Assembly: GCF_009914755.1 (NCBI RefSeq)
Contig: NC_060931.1
DNA from: the human T2T-CHM13v2.0 reference genome, Homo sapiens
Strand: one strand, 5' to 3'
Length of the DNA: 64,000 bases
Shown: one piece after another, positions 39,628 to 54,065 of the stretch
How the letters are laid out: each line of letters opens with the position of its first letter
How positions within the stretch are numbered: position 1 is the first letter of the stretch
Translations under genes and position numbers: made by a program
Notes under the pieces: model-generated
What the model was told of the DNA's origin: nothing
Seen by the model: only the letters and a program-made list of their open reading frames with translations
Databases searched by the model: none

Positions 39628-40858
39628 CTGTGGAGACAGGGAACAAGCAGGCTGAGAGTCCACACAACATCGTGTGTGGCACAGACAGCAGCCACCATCA
39701 TAGAAGTTTCCAGAAGGAAGGGGCTACTTTGGAAGAAAGTCTTAAAAAATAACTTCATGAAAGGAGTAAGACTGAAGCTAAGATAAGCAAGATCAGGTAA
39801 AAATCAGAGGCACTGAAGGGTCCTTGCATTTTGTAAGGCCCCAGAGCATCCTCCTCCTTTGTTCCCTAGACACACTGTCAAGGCTCTGGAAGGCTCTAGA
39901 AGGCTGTGGAAGGCTCATGGCAACTCGATCTTTCTTTTAAGCTGGGAATCAGGATTGGGCCCAGGCTTGGCACACACAGAAGGCCAACAGGCTGTAGCAC
40001 AAGCCTGGCTAGTCTCAGGCAGGTGCTCCGGGGCTGAATGTCTGTGACCTAAAACAGCCTCAATGGCACTGCTGAGCAGAAGGCCCCGGGCTGCCTAGGT
40101 GGTAGAAGGCCAAGCTGTCGTTTAGCATGCACAAGGCTCCCCAATTTAATTGAAATCAACATAAACCACACTGCACAAAACCATTTTTTTTCTACAAATT
40201 GCCCTCTATAACAATGCCCCTAAGCAAGTCCTCTCTAAGACACATTGGATTCCTCGTCCTGAGCACGCCATGAAGGAGAAAAATGCCTCTACTTGCCCTT
40301 TGAAATGGATGCTCTTTTTCTACAGGTTCAAATTCCAGCTTTGCTTTGCCAGTGCTGGGACGTTGGCTAAGTCATTTAGCCTCTCTATGCCTCAGTTTCC
40401 TCATCTGTAAAGTGGAGTTAATAATAATTATGCCCACCCCACAGGGTTACTGTGAGGATTAAATCCGTATGTATGTATGTACATGCACACACATACACAC
40501 ACGCGCACATATGCACATCTGTAGGCTGAGTTTTACGGAGGCGAACAGGGCCTGAGAGCTGCTGGGAGCCAAGGATCTGGGAGGCACCCCAGTGCGTTCC
40601 AGTGCCGCGTGACTCAGGTGTCAGAGAAGCCCATTTAAAGACCTCACCCCATGACAACTGCCACTGGGGACAGATACAGAGACTCTGAACCTTAAGGCAA
40701 GGTAGGAAATGGCAGAAAGTAAATAATAGAATGTTCCAGAAACAGACACCTGCAGCCTCCTCTGGGTGGGATGATGTTCTGGCCAGGGCTGGGGCCAGAG
40801 CACAACTGCCACCGCCCTAGGAGGCCTCGAGCCCAGGAACGAGGTGGCTTCAGGAGGG

Positions 40859-40936
40859 CAGCAGGCCAGGGTCAAGGGCGGGGGGTGACTTTACTGTCAG
40901 CAGGCCAGGGTCAAGGGCGGGGGGTGACTTTACTGT
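40859..40936. repeat. Exact 39-bp tandem duplication
   Basis: cagcaggccagggtcaagggcggggggtgactttactgt, two copies. Confidence 0.96.
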
Positions 40937-41921
40937 CCCCAAGGCCTCCTTTAATCAACTGACCACGATGTACCCAGCGCTGCCTGGGTGAAGGCGCTGT
41001 GGGAGTAAAAAGGAGCAAAAGGCAGATGCGGCCCTGAAGACCCTCTGAGCCAGTCTTGGGACATGTCTCAGAGCACGCGGTGGCCCAGGTCCAGGGGCTC
41101 CCTTGGGGCTGGGCTGCACAGCTGAGACTGTGAAAAGCCAAGGGCCAGGAGGCGAGGGGAAGGCTGAGAGGAACGGTGAGCCGGCCCCGCTGCCCAGGCT
41201 TGGGCACCTGGGGCAGCTGGCCTGTGAGATGGTGCTGCTTCCAGTGGTGGCAGGTGGACAGCGTCTTCCCAAGCTCTGACAGACACGCTTAGTGCAATGG
41301 CCTTGGCTGTGTGGAGCCAGGGTCAGGGGTGCAGACCCATGTGGACGCCACCTGCATCCTGGGTCAGGTGACAGGGACCTGCCTCCACACCTCCACGTCA
41401 CACTCCCTCCCTCCCCACAAAAGGTTGCCCAATGAATCCACAACACAGAATGTTCAGCCCTGATTCAAAAATGAAACAAACAAGAAAACAACCTCCAGCG
41501 ACTAATCAGCCTGGGGAAGCTGAGTGGCCGCCAAGCCCGGCTCTATCACTTGAAAATCTAGGGCTCCTAGAATTCCTCCCAGCGACCTGGTTTTCAGACC
41601 CCACCCCACCCCACCCCACAGCGGAAAACGCAAGCTCAACTGCAGAACCTGCTCCCTGACCCCTGGCTTGTCACAGCAGCAGGGGCCAGGCCACAGCCGG
41701 ACTCTGCCAGGCGTGGCCCCTCTCAGCACAGCCGCCTGGGGACACTTTCTATGAAGCTCAGGAAGAACAGGAAAAATGTGTATCCAGTTTTGTTGGCTAC
41801 AGGGATTTTGTATCAACATTTTTTTTTTCCAAAAATTGAATAAACACTAAAACTTAAGCTGAAACTTCTTAAATGTTTTAATGATTTTAAAAGAAATATC
41901 TCAGAATGCATTATACTCTGC

Positions 41922-42015
41922 TGTTATGGGTTAAAGTGCTTGCACCCGCAAAAAAGACATTGGAGTCTTCACTCCCAGAACCTCAGAATGTGACCTTATT
42001 TGGAAATAGGGGCTG
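41922..42015 (+). mobile_element. MLT1 LTR 5' fragment
   Basis: tgttatgggttaaa...cctcagaatgtgaccttatttggaaatagggg. Confidence 0.75.
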
Positions 42016-43506
42016 TTGAATTTGGCCCCATTTGTGAGTGGTCACATGGGCCAGGCACCGTGGTGGGTGCAGACCCCTCTCCTAAGTCAGTCCAGGGACA
42101 AGAGAGTAGATCCCAAGGAGATGGAACCTCACTCACCCTCTGCCTAACCAGTCCTGGCCTACTGGGCCATCTGGGGGCCTCATCTCTGATTAAAATGTCA
42201 AACTCCACATCAGAGGCTAGGGAGAGACGTGGGAAGAGATGACACCCTCCATCTGTTTCTGGAAACTTCCACAGCCTGATCCTATGATCCTTTACCAGGG
42301 CTGGGCCCAGGGATGTGGGGCCCAGAGTCATTCCTGGTGGATGGGGGCTGGAAAGGAGGTAAAGTCCACCCCTGGCTAAATCATTCGTCTACCTGGAGAG
42401 AAAATTAGAACCTCTGGGGAGTTTTCAAAAACTAGATCCCAATTAAGAACTACTGAATCAAAATTGCTGGGGCTGAGAACTGGGTGATTGAAATATTCTG
42501 CTAAGTAAGAACCACTGATAGCACCCACCCACCTCACTGTAAAGACGGGGAAACAGGCATAGAGAGAAAATGGTGTGTGGGAGGCCCCCAGTTATTCTTG
42601 GTATAACTTATGGAGGCAGAACCCAAGGAACCTCTGAGAAGGGAACTGTGAAGTCGGAAATCTGAGCTTTCCCTTTAAGAAGGAATCAGCTTTTGATTTA
42701 AAGTAAACTGAGAGGCAATTCCTTGGACTTCAGGGACTCAAGGGCATGCCGTAAATCGCCCTTGGTTCAGAATATTCATAATATTCTATGACTTGGAAAG
42801 CTTCTTAGCTGGAAGCTTCGTAATTGGTTCAGGTCAAAGATCCCAGTTCAGCTTGTGTTTTGCTCCCCTCGGCTTTTCCCCACTTCCTGTCATCCTGCCT
42901 GGTTCCTGACTTCCACATTCTAAGAAGATACAGAAGTGATTGGATTATGCTGCTTGTGTTAACATCAAGGTTTGTGGAAGGTAGTGCAGATAGTTGCCGG
43001 AACTCCTAAGCCGCGGTGAATGGTATCGACTGATACTTTAAATCGTGATGAGATTGTAATGAGATCCTAGTAGCCTCTGTGTGGAGCCCCTCCCTCTAGG
43101 AGGGTTATTATCCCCACTACCCCCACCACACTTGGCTGTGTGCCTTGCATTTCCCAGAAGTGATGGGTGCCACTTCCCAGTGGAAGCTTTTGGAGCTGTC
43201 TGACACCTCTCTCCTGCTCCTCTCACAGCAAGCACCCAGACAGGAACTGCTCCTTCAGCCTGCGGTTCCCAAAATTAACAGGACACAAAGCAGAGCCCCA
43301 GCTGTCGGTGATGCATGTACAGCAGTAGCGAGAAATGCACTTCTGTCCTGGCTTGCTGCTGAGGACGTGGGGCCACTTACTACCCCAGCGGAACTCAGCC
43401 GACACTCGTGCGCTTTCTCCTGCCCCCTTCCCTCTCTTTCTTCTGAGTCTATTCCCTAATCCTAAATAAACTCAGTGTAACTTATAGCGCTTAAGAAGGT
43501 CATCTA

Positions 43507-43853
<347 letters not shown>

Positions 43854-44517
43854 TTAAAGGGCCTTTGAGAATGTAGTCCTAAACCCAAATAGGACACGAT
43901 TCTTTGTTTTTCTTCATTAAATTCACTTTATATTATTCTCTGATTATGAAGACTTTGAGTATATGATTCGTACCCTCAATGATACCTTAAAATGATGTGA
44001 GGATGGGAGTCTTTTTGTATAATAAATGCTCCCAACCCTGACATAGAGCCAGACACCCAACGCATGCTTCCTCTGGCCCAGATTTAACATGCACTGGCCG
44101 CTCCCCATGCACCTGGCACCCTAGGTGACAGGGGTACCAGATGAAGCACAAGTCTCCGCCCTCCAGGGAACTCCCAGCACAGTGGGAAGAATACATTTGA
44201 AGTCTGTTTTTTCCCCTTTCATGTTAAAACAGAGAACTTCCTGCCCTGTTTGTCTCTGGGACGCTCCTCAGGCCCACATCTCCTTTCACGTCCCACCCCC
44301 TGAGCTGGACATTTGTTCAGCAAGTCCTTTCCTGAGCACAAATGCATCGAGCGAAGGGATGCCCAGCATTACAGACACCAGAGCATAAAGCTGTGTGGCT
44401 CAGAGCTAGGTCAAGCTTCCCATCCCAGCCTAAGGCTTCTTCACTCCCTTTCCTGGCCCCAATTGCCTCCAAACAAAAATCAGCAAGCAAGCCGCCAGTA
44501 GGTCCTTGGCCAGCATC

Positions 44518-44628
44518 CAGGGTGACCAATTAGTCTCGGTTTACCCAGGACTGTGTGGGTTTAAAACAGGAAGTCCCACATTTGAAGAAGCCCCTCCATC
44601 CCAGAGAACTGGAGCAGCTGTCACCCTA
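44518..44628. mobile_element. MER81/MER94-like hAT-Blackjack MITE
   Basis: Terminal inverted repeats agggtgac...gtcaccct about 110 bp apart. Confidence 0.6.
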
Positions 44629-44747
44629 ACAGGTAGAGTACCTTTTCCCCAGTTGGTATGCAAAGCTGTGCACCCACCACCGCCCTGCCCTAAACACCCC
44701 CACCCATCCATTCTCTCTTTCTCCATCTCTCCTGACTTCCAGTTCCA

Positions 44748-45055
<308 letters not shown>

Positions 45056-45630
45056 TCAGTTCCATTAATTTCACCCATTTCCTCTTTCCATTTCCAGCTC
45101 TTCATAAGGAGGAAATTCCCTCTCACCTTCCCTTCCTCTCTCTTTCCTTTATGAGGTGAAAATGTACCCTAATCATTGAAAAAGAAAAGAGCTAGGGATT
45201 TGTATGCTATCAAGAAAAAGTAATGACTGTAAGTGAAAATAAATGTTCTAAAGGGACATTAAACAAATACTAGACGTGATACATCCTCAAATACACGGAG
45301 CCCTCTTCCAACATTCTCCATTTATTTTTTTCCTTCCACTGATCAAACTTGTTTTTCACAAAATACCACTTTTGAGTTAAATAAAACACCATTGCAATTC
45401 CATTTTCTCTCCTGCTTCCTAATTGCTCTATTCACTTGTTTATTCACCCAACAGAATGTGTTTCTGTATTGCACACATACATCACGGCAGAGACTGTGGT
45501 CAGGAAAGGCTGTATTGAGAAAAAAAAGGCCACCTTTCTACAAGCCAGTGAAAATCAGGTTTGGAGAAAATTTAACATGGAAGGCTGGAACCAGAGAACA
45601 CAGCTGTGTAGGATGGAACACTACAGATAA

Positions 45631-46164
<534 letters not shown>

Positions 46165-46316
46165 TAGGTAGGTAGACCTAGAGAAAGGAACACAGTGGGT
46201 TCCAGGACGCTCATTTTACATAAAGAGAAATATGCTTTTTACCAGGAAAAGGTCCTGGGTAGAGGCACAGCTTTTCCAAACACATATTCCAGTAGGAATT
46301 TCTTGAGGTGGCCTTA

Positions 46317-46319
<3 letters not shown>

Positions 46320-46348
<29 letters not shown>
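46320..46348. repeat. Isolated poly(A)29 tract
   Basis: Counted directly; no adjacent Alu or L1 body. Confidence 0.95.
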
Positions 46349-46350
<2 letters not shown>

Positions 46351-47210
46351 GCCTTGCTGTAGCCTGTCGTGGTATGACTTCCAATGCCAGAGCCTACGTG
46401 CCTCCAAGGGCAGCCCCAGGAGGACCACGTGGCCTCCGTCTTGGTGCTGTTGTTCCTGATATTGTAATAGTGGATGTGGGCGCTTCCCTGGGTTCCAGCT
46501 TCGCAGCAGATGCCATGGGCTCCCCATCATGTCGCTTCCTCTCCCTTCCCATCCAGTCCAGAAAAACTCCCAGGGTGATTATTCAGGTCAACATGAGCCT
46601 GGGGTGTGATCTCACCTTGGAACAAAGGAGGAATCCCAAGTGGATCCAGGTGCACTGGGCCACCCATTCACCCAGCAAGCACACAGCAAACGCCTGCTAC
46701 CCAGGGGAGCCCCGACCCCAGGCTGGCCCTGGAATGAGTGCAACTCTTTGTCCAGGGGTCTCCACGCTTTTGTGAGGAAGAGCTACCTCTCCTTCCCACA
46801 GAGCCTGGAGATAGGTCCCTGGTCACAGTGGCATTCTGGGGGTTTTCAGAGAGTCCTGTAATGGATATCAAATCCTAGCCCAACAAGGGGTGACGGCAGG
46901 ACTCTCCCCGGATTCAGGTCTATGTTGTATTCATCTCTGCACAGTTCCTGATAGACAGTGCATGCTCAGTAAATATTTGTTTAAAGAGAGAATGAACAGT
47001 TTAATGCATGAAGAAAAAGAATGACCCTAAAAGCCATCTCACAGAGGTGACACTGCTATAAAGGCTAGCAAAGCAAACTTAGGAGAGAAAGGAAGAAATT
47101 TTCATAGTCTTAGAAGCCTACAAACTGACCGTGGCTTTGTCTCATCTCTTCTTCCCTCCTTTTAAGGGCCTTTCACTCACCACGATATCAATATAAAACT
47201 GCCAATACTT

Positions 47211-47512
47211 GGGCCTGGCATGGTGGCTCACACCTGTAACTCTCAGCACTTTGGGAGGCCAAAATGGGAGGACTGCTTGAGCTCGGGAGTTTGAGACCAG
47301 ACTGGACAACACAGCGAGACCCTGTCTTTACAAAAAAAAAAAAAACTTTAAAAGTCAGTGGGGCATGGTGGCTACTGAGGAGGCTGAGGTGGAAGGATCA
47401 CTTAAGCTCAGGAGTTTGAGGCTGCAGTGAGCTATGATCACACCAATGTACTCCAGCCTGGGCAATAAAGAGAGAACCTGTCTCTAAAAAGCAAAACAGA
47501 ACAATAAAAAAT
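47211..47512 (+). mobile_element. AluJ
   Basis: Diverged dimer with an internal deletion. Confidence 0.9.
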
Positions 47513-47544
47513 AACTGCTTATACTTGTGTTTATTTGACGTGTT

Positions 47545-48365
47545 CTCAATGTGTTAGAAGGCTTCTTAAATGGGATACCGAAAGCATAGGTAACAAAAGA
47601 AAAAACAAAAGCAACTGGACCTCATCAAAATGAAAACTTCTGTGCTTCAAAGCACACCATCAAGAAGATGGAAAGACAACCCAAAGAATGAATCATATAT
47701 CTGATAGGGACTTGTATTCACAATACATAAAGAACTGTTCAACTCAATAGTAAAAAGACAACCCAATTTAAACACAGGAAAAGGATCTGAAAGTCATTTC
47801 TCCAAGAAAGATTCACGAATGATCAATAAGTATATGAACATAAGCTCAACATTAGTTATCAGGGAAATGAAAATCAAAACCACAATGAGACACCACTTCA
47901 CACCCACTGGGACAGCTAGAACATAAGAGAGACAATTACAAGTGTTGACAAGGATACAAAGAAATTGCAATCCTCATATTGCTGGGAATTGCTGGTGGGA
48001 ATGTAAAACGGTGCTGCCAGTTTGGAAAACTGCCTGGCAGTGCCTCAAAAGTTAAATGTAAAGTCACAATATGACCCAGCAACTCCACTCCTAGGTATAT
48101 TCTCAAGAGAAATAAAAACGTATTTCCATACAGAAATTTGTACACAAATGTTTGTAGCAGCATTATTGATAATAGCCAAAAGGCGGAAACAACCCAAATT
48201 TCCTTTAACTGATGAATGAATAAACAGAACACGGTATATTCATACAATGGAATATTATCCAGCCCATAGAAAGGAAGGACTGATACATGGTACAACATGG
48301 ATGAAACTTAAAAACATTTCGTTACGTGAAAGAAGTCATAAAAGACCAAATATCATACAATTCCT
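47545..48365 (+). mobile_element. Old L1M fragment (ORF2 3' region); donor of the local duplication
   Basis: agggaaatgaaaatcaaaaccacaatgaga, atatgacccagcaactccactcctaggtatat. Confidence 0.9.
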
Positions 48366-49522
48366 TCCGGGGACCCTGCAGCGGGGGAGGGCATAAGAGG
48401 ACGGGGTTGACGGGGGGAAGCCAGGCAGGAGAGTCCTGGAGGGGGACGGTGGCCCCGTGTACAGCCTGCGCAGCTGCCAGAGTTCCTGAGGAGACCGAGG
48501 CGCAGACACCCCCCTGAGGCCATCTGACAATGAGCCTGCCTCCATTGGTCATTAGTGATGTCAGCTGGGGAGGGGCCTGGACAGAACCACACTTTCTGCG
48601 TTATAGAATCCAAGGTTATTGAGGATTTCATTCTAGATGGAGAAATGGGATGGAATGGCTTCTGTTCCAATGTCGAGGACTGTTCCACCTGGTTTTTTTT
48701 TTTTTTTTTTACCATGCTCACGAGGGGACACCTGGGGTCGCTGATAGAAGTTCAGCGGTTTGCCATTCGCCATTCTCAGGCTTGAAACTCTGTGCCTGGC
48801 CCAGGCCGAGAGGAACCTATCTGTCCGCAGGCTGACCGGGAGCCACCCTTCCCGCCACCTGCACGGGCCAGAGCCAAGTCCCGCCACCTGCACTGTGCTG
48901 TGTGGGCCACGGAAAGGCCAAGTGGCCCAGGGTGCACCTCTTTCCTCTCCAGGGCGCCCTGAGATGCAGGGAGCAGGCAGAGAAGAGAGAGGCCGAGGAG
49001 AGAAATAAGCCAAGCCCGGGGTCTGAGCAGGCTGCACCTGGCATCCGTCAGCATCTCACTCTCCTTTGAGGTAACACACGGAGCTGGAAGGACTGGGGGA
49101 CGGAAACTCTGAGCCCTGAAAGGCCCCTACAGTGTGACCTGAGAAGATCTCTCAGAGAAGCTTCCAGAAATCCATCTGTGCCTCCCCGGCCCTCCCGCGA
49201 TGGGACTCATGAGGGGCAGCAAAGAGCCCCGGGGGCGGGGGGAAGAGGAACCAGAGCCTGGCCTGAGGCCTCCTGCGGGATGGTGGACAGCTGAGGCTGC
49301 TCTGGAAAACTCCCTCTGGCCAAACTTCCCTCTTTTATGCTTCTTAGGATGGGGGCGGGGCGGGGGGGGGGTTGTGATGAGAGGGAGGAGCGTGGTCCCT
49401 TCTTTCACTATTTATTCTACACATGTTGTGCTCTCTCACCTGGAGTGACTTCGAGTCATCCAATGTCACTAAAAATCCTTTCTTTTAGGTGAAGGAGTTT
49501 CCCTCACTTAATTCTCCCAAGA

Positions 49523-50053
49523 AAGATTCACGAATGACCAATAAGTATATGAAGATAAGCTCAACATTAGTTATCAGGGAAATGAAAATCAAAACCACAA
49601 TGAGACACCACTTCACACCCACTAGGACAGCTAGAACATAAGAGAGACAATTACAAGTGTTGACAAGGATACAAAGAAATTGCAATCCTCATATTGCTGG
49701 GAATTGCTGGTGGGAATGTAAAAGGGTGCTGCCAGCTTGGAAAACTGCCTGGCAGTGCCTCAGAAGTTAAATATAAAGTCACAATATGACCCAGCAACTC
49801 CACTCCTAGGTATATTCTCAAGAGAAATAAAAACATATTTCCATACAGAAATTTGTACACAAATGTTTATAGCAACATTATTCATAATAGCCAAAAGGTG
49901 GAAACAACCCAAATTTCCTTTGATGAATGAGCAAAACATGGTATATTCATACAATGGAATATTATCCAGCCCATAAAAAGGAAGGACTGACGCATGGTAC
50001 AACATGGACGAACCTTAAAAATATTTCGTTACGTGAAAGAAGTCATAAAAGAC
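49523..50053 (+). mobile_element. Second copy of L1 segment 47808-48346 (local templated duplication)
   Basis: About 96% identical by manual alignment; flanked by an exact 43-bp direct repeat (49480-49522 and 50054-50096). Confidence 0.93.
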
Positions 50054-50305
50054 TTCTTTTAGGTGAAGGAGTTTCCCTCACTTAATTCTCCCAAGAGGTG
50101 GCCCATTAAAGTGGTTTCTGGTCATCACACCTTAGTGAGTTAATGGCTATGGTCAGCGGAGTTCTGGGCCAATCCTTACAGCAGGTTTAGGCAAACACGT
50201 GCCCTTGTTTCACTGATGTGGCAGGAAAACGTGTTCTGATATTCATTTGTATGTTCCCCCCCTTGCACGCCCTGCCTCCTCCTCCAAGCTGGTCTCGGGT
50301 CCTGG

Positions 50306-50324
50306 CCTCGCCCCCTGGAGGGAG
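50306..50324 (-). promoter_or_regulatory. CTCF motif, minus strand CTCCCTCCAGGGGGCGAGG
   Basis: Core CCTCCAGGGGGCG is a close match to the CTCF consensus. Confidence 0.55.
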
Positions 50325-50778
50325 TTCTGTGTGCCCGACAGGTGCTGTGTCCCAGGCAGGAGCTGTGTCCCGGTCAGGTGCTGTGTCCCTGGCCTGCCTG
50401 CACCGAGGCTGGGGCATCCTGGCAGGATCAGAGGCCGCTAGGGAGGTGACAGAGTGGGGAGCAGAGGACACTTCCCCAGAACCGAGACGGGAGAGAGGGG
50501 CCAGATCTCAGAGCGGGGTGGCTGCTGCATCCACCAGAACAAACTCACACACTGGGGCCTCCACTCGGCAAAGAATCTCAAACTCAGGCCTGGCTGCTGC
50601 ACGAAATCTCCAAGATGGAGGAATCTCAGGAGTCTGGACTAGAAGGGTACAGGGGCCACAAGATGCCTGGAACCCAGACTCTTCTGAGGCCTGGGGGAAG
50701 GGGAGGAAGGTCCCTCCCAGAATGTTTGAAATTGAATTTCCCCCCAACCCAATAGGGTGGACATTAGTGACTGATTAG

Positions 50779-50864
50779 AGGGAGGAAGAGGAGGGGAGGA
50801 GGGGAGGAGGGAAGGAAGGGAGGAGGGAAGGAAGGGAGGAGGGAAGGAAGGGAGGAGGGAGGGA
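50779..50864. repeat. GA-rich polypurine low-complexity tract
   Basis: Mixed ggag/ggaa repeats. Confidence 0.9.
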
Positions 50865-52899
50865 ATAAATCTGAGTCTTTGCCCCACAGAGTTTGTGGAC
50901 ACCAGTTCACACCAAGGAGACCTGCTTGTTGGGGGCGAAGCAGAAGCTCCGACTTCTGGGCAGTGTTCACAGTGCCTTCCCAGGCAGCCAGCAGACCCTC
51001 CATAGACACCTGCCCACTGTGGGAGGCGTGGGAGGCTGTCAGAGGTTAGGTCCACGAGAAAGGGAGGAGGGTCAGGACGGCTGAATACCCCCTCAGAGGA
51101 AGGAGCCTAGGGGTTCTCCCCCCTTCCCTTGGGGCTGGTCCGCTGGGCACTGAGGCATCTCTGGGGGGGGGGGTCCCAGCACAGCCCACCCTGGGTCCCT
51201 TCCACAGCGTGAGCCCCCCGTGCCTGCAAAGGAACGCAGGATCCATGTCCACTCCTGAGGGGCCGCTCTCGGGTACTCTCCAGGTGCTACCTGGGACTGA
51301 GGCGACAAAAGCTCAGAGCCCACCTCTGAGGCCCATCCTCAGACCTTCCCTCCCTCTTCTCTAGGTAATAAATGGGCAGCCTCCCAGAGACCCCTATCCC
51401 AGGCGAGCAGTTAGGACGGTGGCCATTTCCAGGGAGGCCCCGTGCCCTGACCCCACGTTGCAGGACCCGCTCCGGACTAGCCTGGTGTTCCTCCCAGGAC
51501 ACCCACACTGTCCCCTGAAAAGTGGGGGACATCTTGGAGGAGGTGGGCAGATCAGGTGTCTGAGGTTGCTGGCACTCACTCGTTTATGGTGCACCAGCCC
51601 TGGAAGATTCAGGAACAGAAAGACAGACAGCGTCCATCACGAAGCTGGCTTTCCAGTGGAGAGGCGCATGTCAAAATAAAAAGCTAATTTCATTCCGGTA
51701 AGAACTGTAAGAGAATCAGGTGTGATCAGTGCAACAGAGAGCGCGTGAGTCTTTTGATTAGATGGTCACGGAAGGCCTCGTGGAGATCTGTGGGGTGGAC
51801 CTGAGAAAGGGAACTGACCATTGGAAGCTGGGACAGAGCACCCCGGGCAGGAGGGTAGCCAGTGCAAAGGCCCTGAGGCAGGGCTCGGGAGTGTGCAGCG
51901 GGAAGGGTTCTCATCCCTGCTCATCCCTGAGCAGGACAGGGTGTGACGAATGATGTTCAAAGGCTGTTCCAGCTGCTGAGCGGAGGAGGCCCTGGAAAGG
52001 AGAGGGTGGAAGCGGCAGGGAGGGCCCTGGGGAAGTCTGCAGGGATGGTGCGGGTGAGAGACAGCCCTGTGGGTGCCGCCCTCACCTGCGCTCTGCTATA
52101 GAGAGGAGAGCCAGAGCGGGGCGGCAGGAGTGTCTGTCTCGGCTCTTAAGCCGATGGACGCTCCAGAAACCCATCTGGTCCCCAGCCCCAGCACCAGCCA
52201 AGATCCTTCTAACTCCAGCGGGCTTTTCAGTTGTTCCAGGGGTGGGGGATAGTTTGGAGAAATAACACTTCCCCTGTGATTAACACATTCAGAAAGGGGC
52301 AAAGGGGAGGTTGGCACGAGGCAAGCCCAGAATCCAACTGGCATAAAAAATAAGTCCTTAATGAGGAAAGGTTCACAGCCTCCCCGCTGTGCCTCCCCCA
52401 GATGGCGGGAGGGGGTGTGTTCTGTGGGGTGCCCAGTGCACTGGCACACAAGCACACTGCCCCCGCTGGGAGCCTGAGGCCACAGCCAGCATTTCCACCT
52501 CACCGTCCATCTCTCCTTCCTCTAGGAGAAGGCCCGGCCCATGGCGGGGGCCAGGCAGGGATAACAGAATAGTGAATCTACTTAAAAAGTTACCTTTGCT
52601 AAATACTCACCTTACTGCCAGTTTCTGGAGGAAAAAAAAAATAGAAAATGGCAGCAGGTGGATCATTCCCCGACAGCAGTTAAATGCACCTTGGAAAGAA
52701 CAAGGTTTCTGCCCAGCAGCCCCCAACAGGGCTGACCCTGAAAACTTAAGGACAAATTCAAACAAGGTGTCAACTCAAGTCACAGAATTTGGTGATCATG
52801 ATTTGTCTTAAACTGACTCCCACTTCTAAGGGAATGAGAAAGTACACCCAAGATGACCTGAGCCACAATTTTTGGTAAATTAAGTCCTGTAACCAGGTA

Positions 52900-53090
52900 C
52901 AGGTGATTCCCGTTACTCAAGGTGGTTTTGCTCCACAAAGTCGCCAGGCACACTGAGTTAGCAAATGCTGAGCCATTGTTTTCAGGGGAGGTGCAGGGTT
53001 AGCTTCCTGGGAGCCTCTGGCCACGTTTTTGTCAACCAATCAGTACATCACGTTGTTTGATGTGGGTTTCTGTTTAAATAAAGGCACGGG
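52900..53090 (+). mobile_element. MER82-like TcMar-Tigger fragment
   Basis: caggtgattcccgttactc...cactgagttagcaaatgctgagccattg...gagcctctggcc. Confidence 0.7.
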
Positions 53091-53344
53091 TGTCCCTGTT
53101 TGCACCGCACAGCGCACCCTCAGGTGAGAGTCTTCCGGGCTGAACATCCCATCTCCACATAGTGGGAGGAGGAACACCCAGCACTACCCCTACTTGCTGG
53201 AATGTGGACCATCTGGGGTCGGAAGGGACCCTGGAAAGCATCTGATGAGGTGCAGAGAGGTTTAAGCCCCCACCCCAGGAACGGAGTGGAGGGAGTGTGG
53301 AGGGCTACGGCGCAGTGCCGCCCCTCCCCATCGCTGTGGGTGAG

Positions 53345-53764
53345 TCTCCTGGGGGGCTTTGAACAACAGAAACGCACCATCTCCCAGTTCCGGAGCCCGG
53401 AAGTCCGAGATCAAGGTGTCGGCAGGGCTGGGTCTCTCTGAGGCTGAGAGGGAGAATCTGTCCAGGCCTTTCTGCCAGCTACGGGTGGCTGCCGGCCATC
53501 TTTGGGGTTTCCTGGCTTGTAGAAGCATCACCTTGATCTCCACCTTCATCCTCACCAGAGGTCTCTCCGGGCATATCTGTGTCCAGAATCCCCCTCATAC
53601 GCAGATGCCAGCCATGTGGAAAAGGGCCAGCCTGCTCCAATGTGGCCTCATCAAAACTCATCACATCGGAAACGACCCTGTTTCCAAAAGAGGTCACATT
53701 CACAGGTACAGAGGGTTAGGATTTGGACACATCTTTTAGGAGACACACAATTCAACTCATAACA
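53345..53764 (-). mobile_element. MLT1C-like MaLR LTR
   Basis: gaagtccgagatcaaggtgtcggcagggctgg...ccctgtttccaaaagaggtcacattcacaggtac...caattcaactcataaca. Confidence 0.85.
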
Positions 53765-53789
53765 GGGTGCCCTTAGAAAGGTTTTATGT

Positions 53790-54065
<276 letters not shown>

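Noticed and set aside
47936-50005. Paired similar ORFs suggesting a duplicated small gene
   Set aside because: They are decayed L1 sequence, duplicated locally as described in the findings.
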